From assembly GCA_025558095.1 (NCBI GenBank), contig JAIVFI010000020.1, positions 310,001 to 374,000 of the forward strand: 64,000 nucleotides of DNA, given 5' to 3'. This DNA comes from Hyaloraphidium curvatum SAG 235-1. Its lineage: Eukaryota; Fungi; Monoblepharomycota. The notes under the pieces are model-generated. The model saw only the letters and a list, made by a program, of their open reading frames with translations, made no database searches and was not told the DNA's origin. Shown in pieces: positions 48,857 through 61,034 of this stretch (positions are counted from its first letter, which is position 1; every line of letters begins with the position of its first letter). The translations under genes were made by a program, and so were the position numbers.

Positions 48857-50017
48857 ATGACGTCGGAGCCGATTACGACGATCACGGTCCCGCGGTACGC
48901 GCTGACGCAGACGCCCGAGGAGCCGCGCGGGTTCTACGCGTACCACATCGCGTGCGCGGGGCCCGTGCGGCAGTGGACGGTGCGCAAGCGCTACTCGGAG
49001 CTGCACGCGCTGCGCGACGCGCTGCTCGCCGCACAGCCGGCCGCCGACCCGGGCACGCCGTTCCCGCCGAAGGACGGCGTCGGCGCGTGGCTCGGGCTGC
49101 TTGGCGGCGCGGACGAGCGGGCGGAGAAGCGGGCGCGCGCGCTCGAGGAGTGGCTGCGCGCCGTCGTCTCGGCCAGCGACCCGCGGTGGCGGCGGTCCGA
49201 CGCGTGGCTCGATTTTTTCGGGCTGCCGCGGGCCGGGACAGGGGGTGCGGCCCAGGACCCGGGGGCGTCGCCGGTGCTGGACGCGCGCGCGTGGCTCGAC
49301 GAGCTGGACGCGCTGAGGGTCACCGCGGGAGACGTCAGGAACCTTGCCGCGAAGCGCAATGCGACCGGCACTCCCCGCGGCGAGGCGCTGCAGGCCGGCT
49401 TCGACGGGAAGCGGCTGCACTCTTCGCTATCTTCGGGGCTGAGCCGGCTCGAGGCCTCGTTGAAGGCCGACGAGCGCGATCGCTCCGCGGCCCTGTCGCG
49501 CATGGAGCTGGAGCGGCGCTGGGACATGCTGGAGCGGCTCAGGACGGACCGCGACGACCTCGGCAAGATGCTTGCGCAGCCCATGACGGGCCGCGGTGGC
49601 GGAGGCTCGGAAACCCCGCCACCGGGTGCCGCACCTTCTTCGGGCAATGCAGGAACAATAGGCAGCGGAGGCGCCCCCTCGGAACGGACCTCTCTCCTGG
49701 GCGCCGCCGCCAATCCGCGCTCGAACCGGCGGTTCGGCAACTCGACCTTTGTGCCGCAGACCCTCGAGACGGACGAGACGCGGCAGCTCGACAACGGCGG
49801 CCTGGTGCAGCTGCAGAAGCAGCAGATGGAGGCGCAGGACGGCGCGCTGGACCAGCTGACGGACGTGGTGCGGAGGCAGAAGCAGATTGCGGGGCTCATC
49901 TCGGACGAGCTGGACCACCAGAACGAGCTGCTGGACGAGCTGGACGCGGGCGTTGACAGGACGGGGGACAGGATGAAGCGGGCGGGGAAGCAGTTGGACA
50001 AGGTGTTGAAGGGTTGA
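48857..50017 (+). CDS. VAM7: PX + Qc-SNARE vacuolar SNARE, Vam7-like
   Basis: YHI...WTVRKRYSELHAL, FPPK, RARALEEWL; QDGALDQLTDVVRRQKQIAGLISDELDHQNELLDEL. Confidence 0.88.
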   Translation: MTSEPITTITVPRYALTQTPEEPRGFYAYHIACAGPVRQWTVRKRYSELHALRDALLAAQPAADPGTPFPPKDGVGAWLGLLGGADERAEKRARALEEWLRAVVSASDPRWRRSDAWLDFFGLPRAGTGGAAQDPGASPVLDARAWLDELDALRVTAGDVRNLAAKRNATGTPRGEALQAGFDGKRLHSSLSSGLSRLEASLKADERDRSAALSRMELERRWDMLERLRTDRDDLGKMLAQPMTGRGGGGSETPPPGAAPSSGNAGTIGSGGAPSERTSLLGAAANPRSNRRFGNSTFVPQTLETDETRQLDNGGLVQLQKQQMEAQDGALDQLTDVVRRQKQIAGLISDELDHQNELLDELDAGVDRTGDRMKRAGKQLDKVLKG

Positions 50018-50164
50018 GTGCATTCTGTTGTTTTTCCGTGTAGGACGTTGTTGTTCTGCAATGTCCAGCTTCCTCTTATGCATTACGAACGGCTTATCTC
50101 CACATTGAACTGCAGTGCGAAAACATCTCCAAAACGCCATGCTGCAGACCGGCTTCCAAACGGC

Positions 50165-51151
50165 TCACTTTTGCGCGGTTACGGCAAGCAGCTCGACCGC
50201 GTCCCCCTGCTTCGCCGGCGCCGGCTGCACCGGTGCCTGTTGCCCCGCCCCGTTCGCCGCGGCCCCCGCCTCCCCGGATCCGGGCACCACGATCGTTTTC
50301 CTCCGCACCATCCGGCGTTTGGACTCCTGGCTCTCCTCCGCGTCCTCTTCGGTGATGATCACCCCGGCGACGCGGGCAGAGTCCATGGTGATTACGGCGA
50401 CGAGAGTCAGGACGCCGCCGGCGAGGAAGTACCACCTGTAGAGGCGGGCGATCAGCGATCGCGGGCAAGAAGATGTGGAACAGCACTGCGCAACGCACCC
50501 GCTGAAGAACCAGAGCAGCAGCGGGAACGAAAAGTAGAACGCCCTCGTGCCCCACGTGTAGTGCGCCGACCCGCTGTTCATCATCTTCGCGATGTCGGAC
50601 GGGTGCACGCCCTCGAGCAGCTTGTAATCGTCCGGGAACCAGTCGTCCGGCCCGGGCCCCTGGTCCGCCGCCGGGTCCGCCTTGATCTTGGCCGCCGCCG
50701 AGAGCATCGTCGCCTTTGTCTCGAGCAGGAACGCGACGTGCGACCACATGCGCATGCTCTGGCCGAACAGGAAGAAGGACATGAACAGGCCCGCCATGAC
50801 GAGGCACAGCTTCCACCCGGCGAACTGGATCACGATCGACTGCGAGCCCGACGACGACGCGGAGGTGATGCCGAACCCGGTGATGAAGGCGAACATGCCG
50901 AACGCCGTCGAGATTGCCGTCGTGCTCATGGTGCTCGCTGTGTTGAGCAGGTTGCGCAGGGCCTGGAAGACCATCGTGTGGTCGTTCCGGCGGATCTGGA
51001 GGAGGATCCAGTTGGTCCGCGCCGCGCGCGAGATGCCCATGACGGTCGTTTCGGGGGCGACGCGGGAGCGCCACCAGAGGAGGATATGGTACCCGATGAA
51101 GGCGGCCGAATATCCGACTCCAAGGCCGATATCGGCGGCCGTTGAGTTCAT
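50165..51151 (-). CDS. DUF599 family membrane protein
   Basis: YH.LLW, TVMG...RTNW, QALRN, FFLFGQSMR, WGTRAFYFSFPLLLWFF; one in-frame intron ~50437-50499. Confidence 0.82.
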   Translation of the reverse strand: MNSTAADIGLGVGYSAAFIGYHILLWWRSRVAPETTVMGISRAARTNWILLQIRRNDHTMVFQALRNLLNTASTMSTTAISTAFGMFAFITGFGITSASSSGSQSIVIQFAGWKLCLVMAGLFMSFFLFGQSMRMWSHVAFLLETKATMLSAAAKIKADPAADQGPGPDDWFPDDYKLLEGVHPSDIAKMMNSGSAHYTWGTRAFYFSFPLLLWFFSGCVAQCCSTSSCPRSLIARLYRWYFLAGGVLTLVAVITMDSARVAGVIITEEDAEESQESKRRMVRRKTIVVPGSGEAGAAANGAGQQAPVQPAPAKQGDAVELLAVTAQK

Positions 51152-51572
51152 TGCGATTAGTGAAGGGAAACGCGGGATCCGCGGTCGGTGCCCCAGACAA
51201 CGGTGTGTCTCGTGTTCGCTGTCTGTGGGCCTTCGTAAAGCGGTGTTTGTTGGCAGGAAACAGGCCGGGGGATTCGTCGGTTGGGGTCCGAGGGAGGGTG
51301 CTTCCGGGACAGTTCAGGAGCGGCTAGAGGCTCCCGAAGGGACAAAGGCGCCGTCAAAGCGACAGGCCGTTGTGCTGCATCATCGTCGACGTGTCCGAAT
51401 AGCTTCCATTGCTGCGGGACCCCGAGGTCCGACCGGCCGACGCAGACCCGCAGCTGCGCGCTCTCCCCGGCTTCTGAGAGGTTTTGTCTCGCGCCGCTCC
51501 ACTCTTTCTTTCCTTGTCGCTAGCGGCTCATCCGAGCCCGGAGGCGGCGCCTTAGACGCGGCAGTGGACACG

Positions 51573-52630
51573 ATGGCGGCACCGTTCGCCCGCGCGCTGG
51601 CCTTTGCGCCGCGCTTGGCCCTGGGTGCGCCCGCCGCCGCCCGCGCCACCGCGGCGTCGCCCGCACCAGCTGCTCTCCTGCTCGCGGCCCGCACGCAGTC
51701 CGCCGCGGCCACATTCCCGCGCCGCCGTCGGCGCCGGCTGTACCCCGCGTCGGGCCCGCCCACCGCCGAGCAGGCCGTCAACAACATCCTCTACAACACG
51801 CCCCCGCCCAACCCGGAAAAGGCAAAGCGCCACATCCTCAACTGCCTCGTGTCCAACGAGCCCGGCGTGCTCTCGCGCGTGTCGGGCATCCTCGCCGGCC
51901 GCGGCTTCAACATCGACTCGCTCGTGGTGGCCAAGACCGAGGTGCCGGACCTGTCGCGCATGACCATCGTGCTGCAGGGCCAGGACTCGCAGATCGAGCA
52001 GGCCAGGCGCCAGCTCGAGGACCTGGTGCCCGTGTGGGCCGTGCTGGACTACACCAACACCTCGATCCTCGAGAGGGAGATGCTGATGGTCAAGGTGTCG
52101 ACCGTGCCCGGCAACTTCCCGGAGGAGCTGACGGAGGAGGAGGCGGAGCAGCTCGAGGAGCACGGGACGCTCAACACCGAGGTGCGTTTTCGCTCATGCG
52201 GGGCAAATTGGCCCTCTGCTGCTGGTCCCGCTTTCCCGGAATCACATGCTCACGCTCCCCCTTCCCTCCAGTCCCCCGGCATCTCTCCCCTCCTCTCCTC
52301 GGCCGTGCAGCGCGACGCCATCGTCCGCGTGGCCCGCCTGTTTGGCGGCGCCGTGGCCGACGTGACCCACGAGTCGGTAATCATCGAGCTCTGCGCAAAG
52401 AGCTCCCGCGTGGACGCCTTCCTCAAGCTGCTCAAGCCGTACGGGATCATCGAGGCCGCGCGGAGCGGTTGGTTTTCTCGATCCCCCGGACGCCGTCCTG
52501 ATTGCTGATCGTTGCTGTCCATCCAGGCGTGATGACGATGCCCAGGTCCATGATGGACGACCTCTACGACATCGAGGCCGAGGACGAAAAGGGTCCGGCC
52601 GTGGATGCCACCATGCTTCCCCCCGGGTAA
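51573..52630 (+). CDS. ILV6: Acetolactate synthase regulatory subunit, mitochondrial
   Basis: AVNNILYNTP, HILNCLVSNEPGVLSRVSGILAGRGFNIDSLVV, IEQARRQLEDLVPVWAVLDY, C-terminal VDATMLPPG. Confidence 0.95.
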
Positions 52631-52881
52631 TGCTGGATGGCGCGTTGGGGCTTTGGCGAATGTATGACGCGAGAACTGGAAAAAGAGATGAAATATCCGG
52701 CACCGCCGCACCCGTTCGGTCCGCATGGAAGCTCTTGCTAAGCCGTCTCATCTTGTTGGTGAAAGGATGGCGGGAAGCTTCGTGGCCGTACGGGCGGACG
52801 TGTCGGGGCTTCGGTGGCCGTTGCGGATCTTCGGGTCCACCCCGGGCCGGCGACTCCGCCCGCAAAGCAACTACCGATGCA

Positions 52882-53691
52882 ATGGCCGCCCCTCTCCCTC
52901 CCGTAAAGGCCGCCGGCTCCGCGGATTCCAATGCCGCCGGTTCCCCGCATTCCGCGTCGCGTCATGACCCCGGCCGACTCGCGATCCTCCTGCGGTGCGG
53001 CGGCGCGCAAGCGGCGGTGATGTGGGAGGTCCTGCGCGACAAGTACGCCGCGGAAACATCGGCCGGCCGCGTAGCATCCTGGGACGACGGCCCGCGGATC
53101 CACCGCACGCTCGGGGGGGTGGCACACCTGCGGAACGCGGAGGAAGTGCGCGCCTGGCTCGCATCCCGCGCGCCGGACGGCGTGCACGCGTTCGTCTGCC
53201 ACGGGGAACCCAAGGCGAGGAAGAAGCTCGTGCCCGAGCTGGAAGCCGCGCTGGAGGGCTACAGAGTGGAGTTCCCCGTGGTCGTGAGCCCCTGGGCCCT
53301 CGTGACGCGCACGTCGGTGATCGGCCGGGGGACGTACGTCGGATCTTTCGCCAACGTCGGCAACGCCTGCGTTGTGGGCGAGTTTGCCCGCGTCGCGGGG
53401 TCCTCGGTGCTCGGACACGACTGCGTGCTCGCCCCGTACGCGCAGCTCAACGGGAAACTTGCCGTCGGCGGAGGATGCGAGCTCGGGGAGGGGTGCCTGA
53501 TCGGGATGGGATGCGTGGTGCGGGACCACGTCAGGGTGGCGCCCTGGACGACGCTCGGGATGGGGGCGGTGCTCGCGAGGAGCATCGAGGAGCCCGGGCA
53601 GACGTGGGTGGGGATCCCGGCGAAGCCGTTGGCGCGAAAGCGGGCTGCGGGAGCCGTGGTGGGAGGCGAGGAGAAGGAGAGCCGGCTGTAA
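52882..53691 (+). CDS. Stand-alone PglD/NeuD-type sugar acetyltransferase (paralog of the N-terminal half of 32110-33996)
   Basis: ILLRCGGAQAAVMWE, WDD, FVCHGEPKAR, hexapeptide repeats, LGHDC, TWVGIPAKPL; intronless. Confidence 0.88.
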   Translation: MAAPLPPVKAAGSADSNAAGSPHSASRHDPGRLAILLRCGGAQAAVMWEVLRDKYAAETSAGRVASWDDGPRIHRTLGGVAHLRNAEEVRAWLASRAPDGVHAFVCHGEPKARKKLVPELEAALEGYRVEFPVVVSPWALVTRTSVIGRGTYVGSFANVGNACVVGEFARVAGSSVLGHDCVLAPYAQLNGKLAVGGGCELGEGCLIGMGCVVRDHVRVAPWTTLGMGAVLARSIEEPGQTWVGIPAKPLARKRAAGAVVGGEEKESRL

Positions 53692-55017
53692 TGTATTCGT
53701 TTGTTACGTCCGATAGTCGAGATGTATGCTTGGTTGATGGCGCGTTGGTTGATAGAGGAAGGGGTGCACGCGGAAGGCTTCATTCTGGTGCGACCGGTGA
53801 CGCGCTGTCACTCCTCAGTCAAACGGCGCCCTCCCGCGTCGCCGCCGCCTTTCGTGGTCACGCGGAAGACGCCTACGCATCTTCCGATAGTTCTCGGGGT
53901 TGCGGCGGCCCGAACCGGCGAGCGAACGGTCCGAGGACCGCGCACCGCGCACAGGACGAGGAAGCGGCCACAGCATGCCGCCGCGGCAGAACTGCCGGCA
54001 AAAAAAGCTCCACAGCATTTTCCGTCGTTTGGAGAGTCGGTCCGCGGCAGCAGCTTGCAGTGGCAGCCGACCGAGGACGTCGTCTCGCTCCCTGCACTCA
54101 GTCTCCGCGCCGTGCCGCCGCCAGCCGAGCGCTCGAGGCGCCGCACGCAGTGTTGTGCTTCTTGCTCTGCAGGGAAAACCCCTGCCGCGCAGCGGAGAAC
54201 TTCGTGCTACCTGCCGGACGCCACCCTCGGATTAAAGGACAACCTCTTCGGATGGCTCGGTGCGTTACCACCGGCTCGGTCCTGCTCGCATCTATCTGCA
54301 AAGTGTTACCGGCATCCATCCGAGCCCCGCAGAAGCCGGATCGGCGGACGCACGCGCATTGGGGAAGTGGGGACTCGGCAGCTGATTAGGCTCCGCTGAG
54401 GGACAGGGACACACGACTGCTGTCGTCCTCGGCGGCCTCGGATCCGCCGAAATCAGTCGGATCAAACGTCTGGCTGCTCGGCGGACCCGCGTGGGCTCTG
54501 GATGGCGCCCCGCGGCGGCGCCGCCTCGATCTTCCCAAAGCGGAGGAGGGGTCGTCGGGTCAAGCCAGGACTATGGATGGCTGAACCCGCAGTTCGATGG
54601 AATCGATACTTGGGAGGGCGTCCCGGGGACCGGCGGGACACTTCAGGCGCCACGGAGTGTCGCGTGGAACGGCTGTCGTCGGCCAGCAGCCGGGGTCTCT
54701 CCTGGCATCTGGCTGTGGCGGCGGTCTGGGACGAGAGACATCTGACATCAGAGCTGCGCCCGCGGTCGTCACCAGCCCCTTCCGCTTCAGACTTCAGTCT
54801 TTTCAGGATTCGCAACGCCGTCCCCATAACCGCCCGGCGCTCGCTACACAAAGCGGCGCCACCTGAAACCCGCCGGCGCGCTCATCGCATCGGTGCCTAG
54901 CAGCACCGAGCCGGCCGTGCCGACCGCGGCGAGCAGGAGGGCAGGCGGTGCCGCCCCAGTCACCCCTGCCGCAGCGAGTCACCCCCCTTCCCCCCCGCCC
55001 ATCGCACTCCGGACGCC

Positions 55018-56202
55018 ATGGCGCAGCGGCCGACGCCGCTCTACGCCGTGTACGTCGCGGGTGCGGCCGCCGGGACCGGCGCCGGGCCGAGCGAGCCCGC
55101 GGCGGGCCATCCCTGCGGACCCGCGGGACAGGGACAGCCCCCGCCGGGGACTGCCCAGCTGCCGTCGCCGCCGCCCGAGCCCGACGAGCTGGCCGACTTT
55201 GCCGCGCACCTCGCGCACCACGTGTGGACCGACGTGCCGCTGGCGGCGCTGGTCGACGCGCACGGCGAGGACGACGACGGCGCGTGCGCGCCGCCGGGCT
55301 CGGTCGCCGAGCTGCAGGCCGCGTGCCGCCGCGCGTTCCCGATCACAAAGCTCGGCATCGTCGAGCTGGCCGTCGCCGCCGCGCTGCTCCAGCGGCTGCG
55401 CGCCCACGCCGCCGCCCGCGCCGCAAACGCACTGCGCGTGCTCTTCTTCACCGCGCTCATGCTGGCAAACAAGACGCTGTCCGACTCGCCGTACAACGCG
55501 CGCTCGTGGGCGAAGCTGACCGGCGTGCCAGTGGCGGACATCGTGGCCGCGGAGCGCCGCGTGCTCGAGCGCGCCGATTGGGACGTGCTGGACAGGGGCC
55601 CGGGCGGGGCCTGGGCCGAGCCCGCCTGGGTGCGCGCCCTGTTCGACGACTTTGGCCGGCTGCGGCGGGCCGCCCGCGAGCGCAAATACCAGAAGCGCCG
55701 CGCCGCCCGCGACGCCGAGCAGAGAAGGCTGGCCGCGCTCATGGCGCCCCCCTCGCCGGTGCCTTCGACGCCGCGCCTGCCGCCGTCGCCCCCCCTGCAG
55801 CTCGCCACCCTGCACCTGGCGACGCCTCAGCCGGCTTCTGTGCCGCACCTGGGCGCCGGGAGCCTCGCCACACCGCCCCGCACTCCCGCCGCCTCGCGGT
55901 CGTGGGGCACCTCCCCCGCCTCCTCGCCCGCCTGGTCGACCGCATCCCCCGCCGTCGCCACGGGCCACGCATCCTTCCGCTGCCGCAGCGACTCGGGGCC
56001 GATCCGGCCGAGCATCTCGCCGCTCTCGCTGCCCGCCTCGACGCCCTCGCCGGCATACTATACGCTTCTCCCCACGACGCCGTCCGCCTCGCCTTCGGAC
56101 CCGCCGCGCTGGCCGTCGGCGGGCGATGCGACCAGCTACGTACTCTACCCGGGGATCGTGTCGATTGCGCCGGCGTGGTCGTCGTACGCGACCTACCGGT
56201 GA
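55018..56202 (+). CDS. Pho85-type (Pcl) cyclin
   Basis: LFFTALMLANKTLSDSPYNARSWAKLTG...IVAAERRVLERADWD; S/P-rich tail. Confidence 0.8.
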   Translation: MAQRPTPLYAVYVAGAAAGTGAGPSEPAAGHPCGPAGQGQPPPGTAQLPSPPPEPDELADFAAHLAHHVWTDVPLAALVDAHGEDDDGACAPPGSVAELQAACRRAFPITKLGIVELAVAAALLQRLRAHAAARAANALRVLFFTALMLANKTLSDSPYNARSWAKLTGVPVADIVAAERRVLERADWDVLDRGPGGAWAEPAWVRALFDDFGRLRRAARERKYQKRRAARDAEQRRLAALMAPPSPVPSTPRLPPSPPLQLATLHLATPQPASVPHLGAGSLATPPRTPAASRSWGTSPASSPAWSTASPAVATGHASFRCRSDSGPIRPSISPLSLPASTPSPAYYTLLPTTPSASPSDPPRWPSAGDATSYVLYPGIVSIAPAWSSYATYR

Positions 56203-56410
56203 GGCGCATGCGAAACGGACGCCGGGGTCACTACTCTCGCGCATGGATGCGCACGAACAAACTAGAATGCTTGCTGTAGGAACTGCTAGAGAAGAAAATC
56301 GTGTCTGCTTCACCTTTGTTTCCGGGTCGTCCAATGGGAGTTTGGCTCTCGTCAAGCCGAGTCCGCGGCCGCGCAAGAGATCGCTGTGCACCCTGGACAA
56401 CCCACGCACG

Positions 56411-58058
56411 ATGTCCCGACCCGCTCGCGGTTACGGCCGCCTCGACGATGAGACCGGCGCGCACCGCTCGCTGCTCCCGTCGGGCGCGCCGCCGCCGGCC
56501 TATGGCGAGGACGGCGACCTGCCGCCGAAGTACTCCCCGTTCCCGGACGAGCAGATGTTCGAGCCCGCGCCGCGCTACCACGACGTCTGGGCGACCGTGC
56601 TCTTTGCCCTGCACCTCGTGGTCTTCTTCACGATCCTGGGCTTCGGCGTGCCGTCGCTCGACTTTGGGTCCGGGCCGACCGAGAGCCTGCCCCAGGGAAC
56701 CCTGGCGACGCTGCTCTCCGCCATCGCCGCCGGCGCCGGCGTCAGCCTGCTCTTCTTCGTGTTCATGATGAAGTTTGCGAGGGCGCTCATCACCACGAGC
56801 TTCATTTTCAACCTGAGCTACAACTTCATCATCTGTAAGTTTCTTCTGCTACGTTCCTCCGGTTCCCCGGCATCCCCTAACCGGATCCGCCCTCTTCCAG
56901 CCATGTTCTTCTTCGCCTCTGGCCAGATCGGCGTCGGCGTCATGATGCTGTTCTTCGCGTGCATCTTCGGAATGATCTGGTGGTCGTGGCGCAGCCGCAT
57001 CCCGTTCGCGACGGTCATGCTCGAGTCCACGACGCAGATCCTGTCGCAGTTCTGGGGCACCTCGGTCGCCGCCGTCGGCGGGTTGCTCGTCAACGTGGCC
57101 TGGATCTGCCTCTGGGTCGTCGCGCTCTTCGGCGTCGTGGTCAAGTACGCCGACCAGGGCCCCGAGGTGCAGGCCGCCCTGTACGTCTTCCTCGCCTTTT
57201 CGTTCTACTGGACGACCCAGGTCATCTCCAACCTCGTGCATGTGACCATCGCCGGCACCGTGGCCACGTACTACTTCCTCGGCACCTCGGACGGCTCCGG
57301 CGCCGTCACGGTGCCCGTCTCCAACCCCACCGCGGCCAGCTTCTCCCGCGGCGTCACCACCAGCTTCGGACCCGTGGCCTTTGCCTCGCTCCTGGTCAGC
57401 CTGCTGGAGCTGGCGCGCGGCACCGTCCATGCGGCCGCGCAGAAGGCCGCCGACGACAACAACGCGGCGCTGGCCTTTGTCCTCATGTGCCTCCGCGCGC
57501 TGCTGGACCTCATGGACGACCTGCTGCGGTACTTCAACCGCTACGCCCTGTCGACCGTCGCCGTCTACGGGGAATCCTTCTGCTCCGCGGCCCGCATGAC
57601 CTGGGAGATGATCAAGCGCCGCGGGATCGACGCCATCGTCAACGACGCCCTCGTCTCGTCCGTGCTGGGCATCGGCAGCCTCGCGTGCGGGCTGATCACT
57701 GCCTCGGTCACGGTGGCCGTGGCGTCGGCGCAGCCCGACCTGGGTCCGCAGTGGTGCAAGTTCCTGGACCAGGACGGGGACCCGGCGCAGTGCCAGGCCG
57801 CCGTGCTCGGCGTCTCGGGGACCCTGGCGTTCTTCATCGGCGTCGTCGAGTTTGCCGTGCTCTCCAACGTACGTCGTCCGCAGTGTGCCCGCTCACCCGC
57901 ATTCTGACCCCCTCCTCCTTCAGGCGGTGCAATCGGCTGTTTCGACCACGTTCGTCTGCCTTGCCCAGGACCCCGCCGCGCTCATGCGCACCAAGCCCCT
58001 GCTCTTCCAGAAGATTAGGGAGACGTACCCGCAGATCGACTTTTACAGCTCGTGGTGA
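56411..58058 (+). CDS. PNS1: Choline transporter-like protein PNS1 (CTL/SLC44)
   Basis: PRYHDVWA, RIPFA, FSFYWTTQVI.N.VHVT.AG, TSFGPVAFASL, YFNRYA...YGESF, FVCLAQDP. Confidence 0.88.
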
Positions 58059-58184
58059 GCTGGCGCGGGAGTTGCTGGGATTGCCAGAATTTGCAAGAGC
58101 ATGTCTGCCTGGGCGGTGTATTCTCGGAACAAAATCGATACACGGCGCTCATTGGTAGAGCGCAAGAAACAACGCCCCGGGAGA

Positions 58185-60699
58185 TCACAGTCCGATCTTC
58201 ATCAGGACTTGCTTCGACTTCTTCTTGGACTTTTTGCCCTCTCCGTCCGCCGGTCCTTGGTCCGATTCGCCCGATTCGGGCGCCTGGGCCGACCATGCGT
58301 TGGAGGGCGTCCCCGGCCTCGCGATCTTGGGCGGCTTGGACGCCGCCGGGAGCGAGGGGAAGTCCTGTGCCGACCGCACCGACGGCTCTTTGCGCCAGGA
58401 GGCCGAGGGCGCCGAGGCCATCCTCGCGCTCTCGGCGATCGCCCGCTGCTCCGCAAACTCCTCCCTGCTCATAACCTTGACCCTGCTTTGAGGCGCCGAG
58501 GAGCCCTCCCCTGCCGCGCGCTGGAGCAGCTCCCGCTCCTCGCGCTCCTCCTCCGCCCGCTCGTCGCGCGCCATGCGCTTTTCCGCCTCCTCGGCGATCC
58601 GGTCGTACACGGACCGCTTGGGCTGCGATGGCACCGCGGGGAAGGTGTGCTTCCTCGCGTTGGACTTGATGACGAGCACCCGCGCGCGGTCCGCGGCGGC
58701 GGCCGAGTTGGCCGTCGCCACGCGCGGGTTGGCGGTGCTCGAGTAGGAAGTCCGGTTGTCCGACCCCGACGATCCCGGCCCCGAGGGGGCAGGCAGGTCG
58801 GGGAAGTGCGTCCGCGAGACCTTGTAGTCCTTCCAGGCCCGCAGCATCTCCTCCTTGCGGCCGACACCGCCGCGCCCCGGCGGACCGTCCGGCGCGGTTT
58901 CGGCCATCCGGATCCACACCCTGCCCACCTCGGCCTCCTTCTCCTTCAGAGCCCGCTCGTCCGACAGTCCTTCGGTCGCCAAACCAACGACCGACCGCAC
59001 AAACTCGTCCGCCGAGACGAGGGAGCCCTTGTAGGCCTGAGCGAGCGAGCGGAACTCGGTGTACTTGCGCGGGTCGTTGCCAAAGATGCGCTGCAGCGCG
59101 GCGGGGATCTCGGCCGCAGCGGCAGCTTGCGCCGCGGGCTGAACCTGAGCTGAGGGGGTGAGCTGCGAGCCGAAGCCCGGCGGGGGTCGGAGGCGGCGTT
59201 GCCGCTCGTCGTCCTGGGCAGCCGAGGCTGCCGGAGCGGATCCGCTCAAGGGAGGGAAGGCGCTCTGCGGCGATGGCTGCGGCGCGCTTTGCGGTTGGTA
59301 CAGAGGCCCAGGCGATGGCCGCCGCTCCTGCGAGGGCGGCCTCCGCGGCGCGAGGTCCAGCTCGACTTTGCGGAAGCCGGGCTTCTTCTTTTCCGCAGCC
59401 CCGTGGACCTCCACCTCGTGTGCCTTGAGGTCGATCTCGTTCTCGAAGACGACAAACTTCTGCTCGAGGCACGTGGCGTTGCGACAGGCGTAGTGCTCGG
59501 CGCCAAAGTGCTCCGCGAGTCGCGTGTAGTCCAGGTAGTAGCGGTGCCGGATTCCCCGGCGCACGCAGATAAAGCACTCTTCGTGCCGGTCGCGGCAATG
59601 TTCCCAGAGCTCATCGTCGCCGTAGAAGCGAGAATGGCAGAAGCCGCATTCGGGGTGGCCGCGGAAGGAGGGATCCGCGGGATCGGTGCCGCGATAGTGC
59701 TGCTGGAGGGATGAGGCGGTAAAGAGCTGGTGTTCGTGGGTGAAGATCTTCTTGTGTCTAGCGCAGATATCGCTGGAAGAAGCAAGTCAGATCGCTAGCC
59801 CAACAAAGAGTCGACAAAACTGCCCACCAAAGCATCATGGAGTGCGCGTCCTTGACGTGCTTCTTCAGCTCCCTCCATCCACCCGGGCAGGCCACGTCGC
59901 ACGTCGGTTCGGGACAATTGAAACGCAGCAGGACCATGGTGTCCTCGAACACCTCGCGGTCCTCGAACCGGATGGCAAGCTTCCGGTCCTCGAAGGGAGC
60001 CTCCTTCCGGTTCGAGAAGGATTTGAACGGGCGATCGGAGCTCCGTGTGAAAATGACTTTGTCCAGCTCCCGCTTGCAGTAGGCGCATGAGCGGACCTTG
60101 TAGAGGGCCCGGAGGCGGAGGGAGCAGACGTGGCAGACCCGATGGTTGCACGAGCCAAGGGCGTGGAACTGAATCGGTTCCGTGCAGATGAAGCAGTCTG
60201 CAAAAATATCAGCGTCAGATTGCTATTCTCAATGACGCAACGGACCGCTCCCACTCGTCGGATTGAGGAAGTCGTCGATGATCTCGTTCGAGTCCTCGGC
60301 GTCCGCGCCGGCGGCCGCCTCGTCGTCGCTGCCGCTCTTGGCGCCATCCTCCCCGTTGTTGCCGTCAAATGGCATCCCGTCAATGTCCTCGATGGCCTCC
60401 ATGAGGTCCGACAGACCGTCCCGGCCGCCCAGAGGTCCCGCGTTTGCAGCTTGGTCGTCTTCCGCCGGCGAAACGCCTTGCAGCACCACCTCGCCGGCGG
60501 CAGTAACCATGACAGGATCATTCGGGTAGCCGTCGCCGGCCTGCCATTGTCCCGGCATGCCCTTCGAGGGCTCCAGTTGTGTTGTCCGTCGGGATGGGGA
60601 TGCAGCTCCTCGAGCGTTCGAGCCGCCCCGCGTCAGTCCAGGCGGCGCCGTCAAGCCCGGCGGCGGTCTGCTTGGCGATCCCGTGCCTCCGGACGCCAT
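58185..60699 (-). CDS. HEL2: ZNF598/Hel2 RING E3 ligase (ribosome quality control), multi-exon
   Basis: CFICTE...CNHRVCHVCSLRLRALY...CAYCK RING, FRGHPECGFC, HCRDRHEECFIC, FVVFENEIDLKAH; start approximate. Confidence 0.88.
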
Positions 60700-61034
60700 A
60701 GCGGCCCGCGACCTTTCGACGTGCAGACAAAGTTTGTGGATCAGTCGCGCGGGCGTCGATCAGGCACGCAGCAGGGCCATTGCTGCTCTGGCGGAGGCCG
60801 TCCCTTCGGCCCCTCGAACCTGTGCGGCGAGGAGCGCCGCGCAGGGTTCCTCGGACATCAATCTCCGACGACGACTCTGTGGAGGACGGTCTGAGGCAGC
60901 TTCGGGGCCCCCGCGGTGGCCGAACCTGGAGGACGTTCCACGGCCACGCCCCATGGCCAAGCCAAGCCGATAGCGCTCCGTGCGCTTCGCCAACGCGAAG
61001 TCGCGTGAATTCTCTTTCACTTTTGGCGGGCGGC

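Noticed and set aside
53700-55017. ORFs 53701-54399 and neighbours in the largest intergenic gap
   Set aside because: No motifs and non-protein-like composition; probably cyclin promoter or 5' UTR
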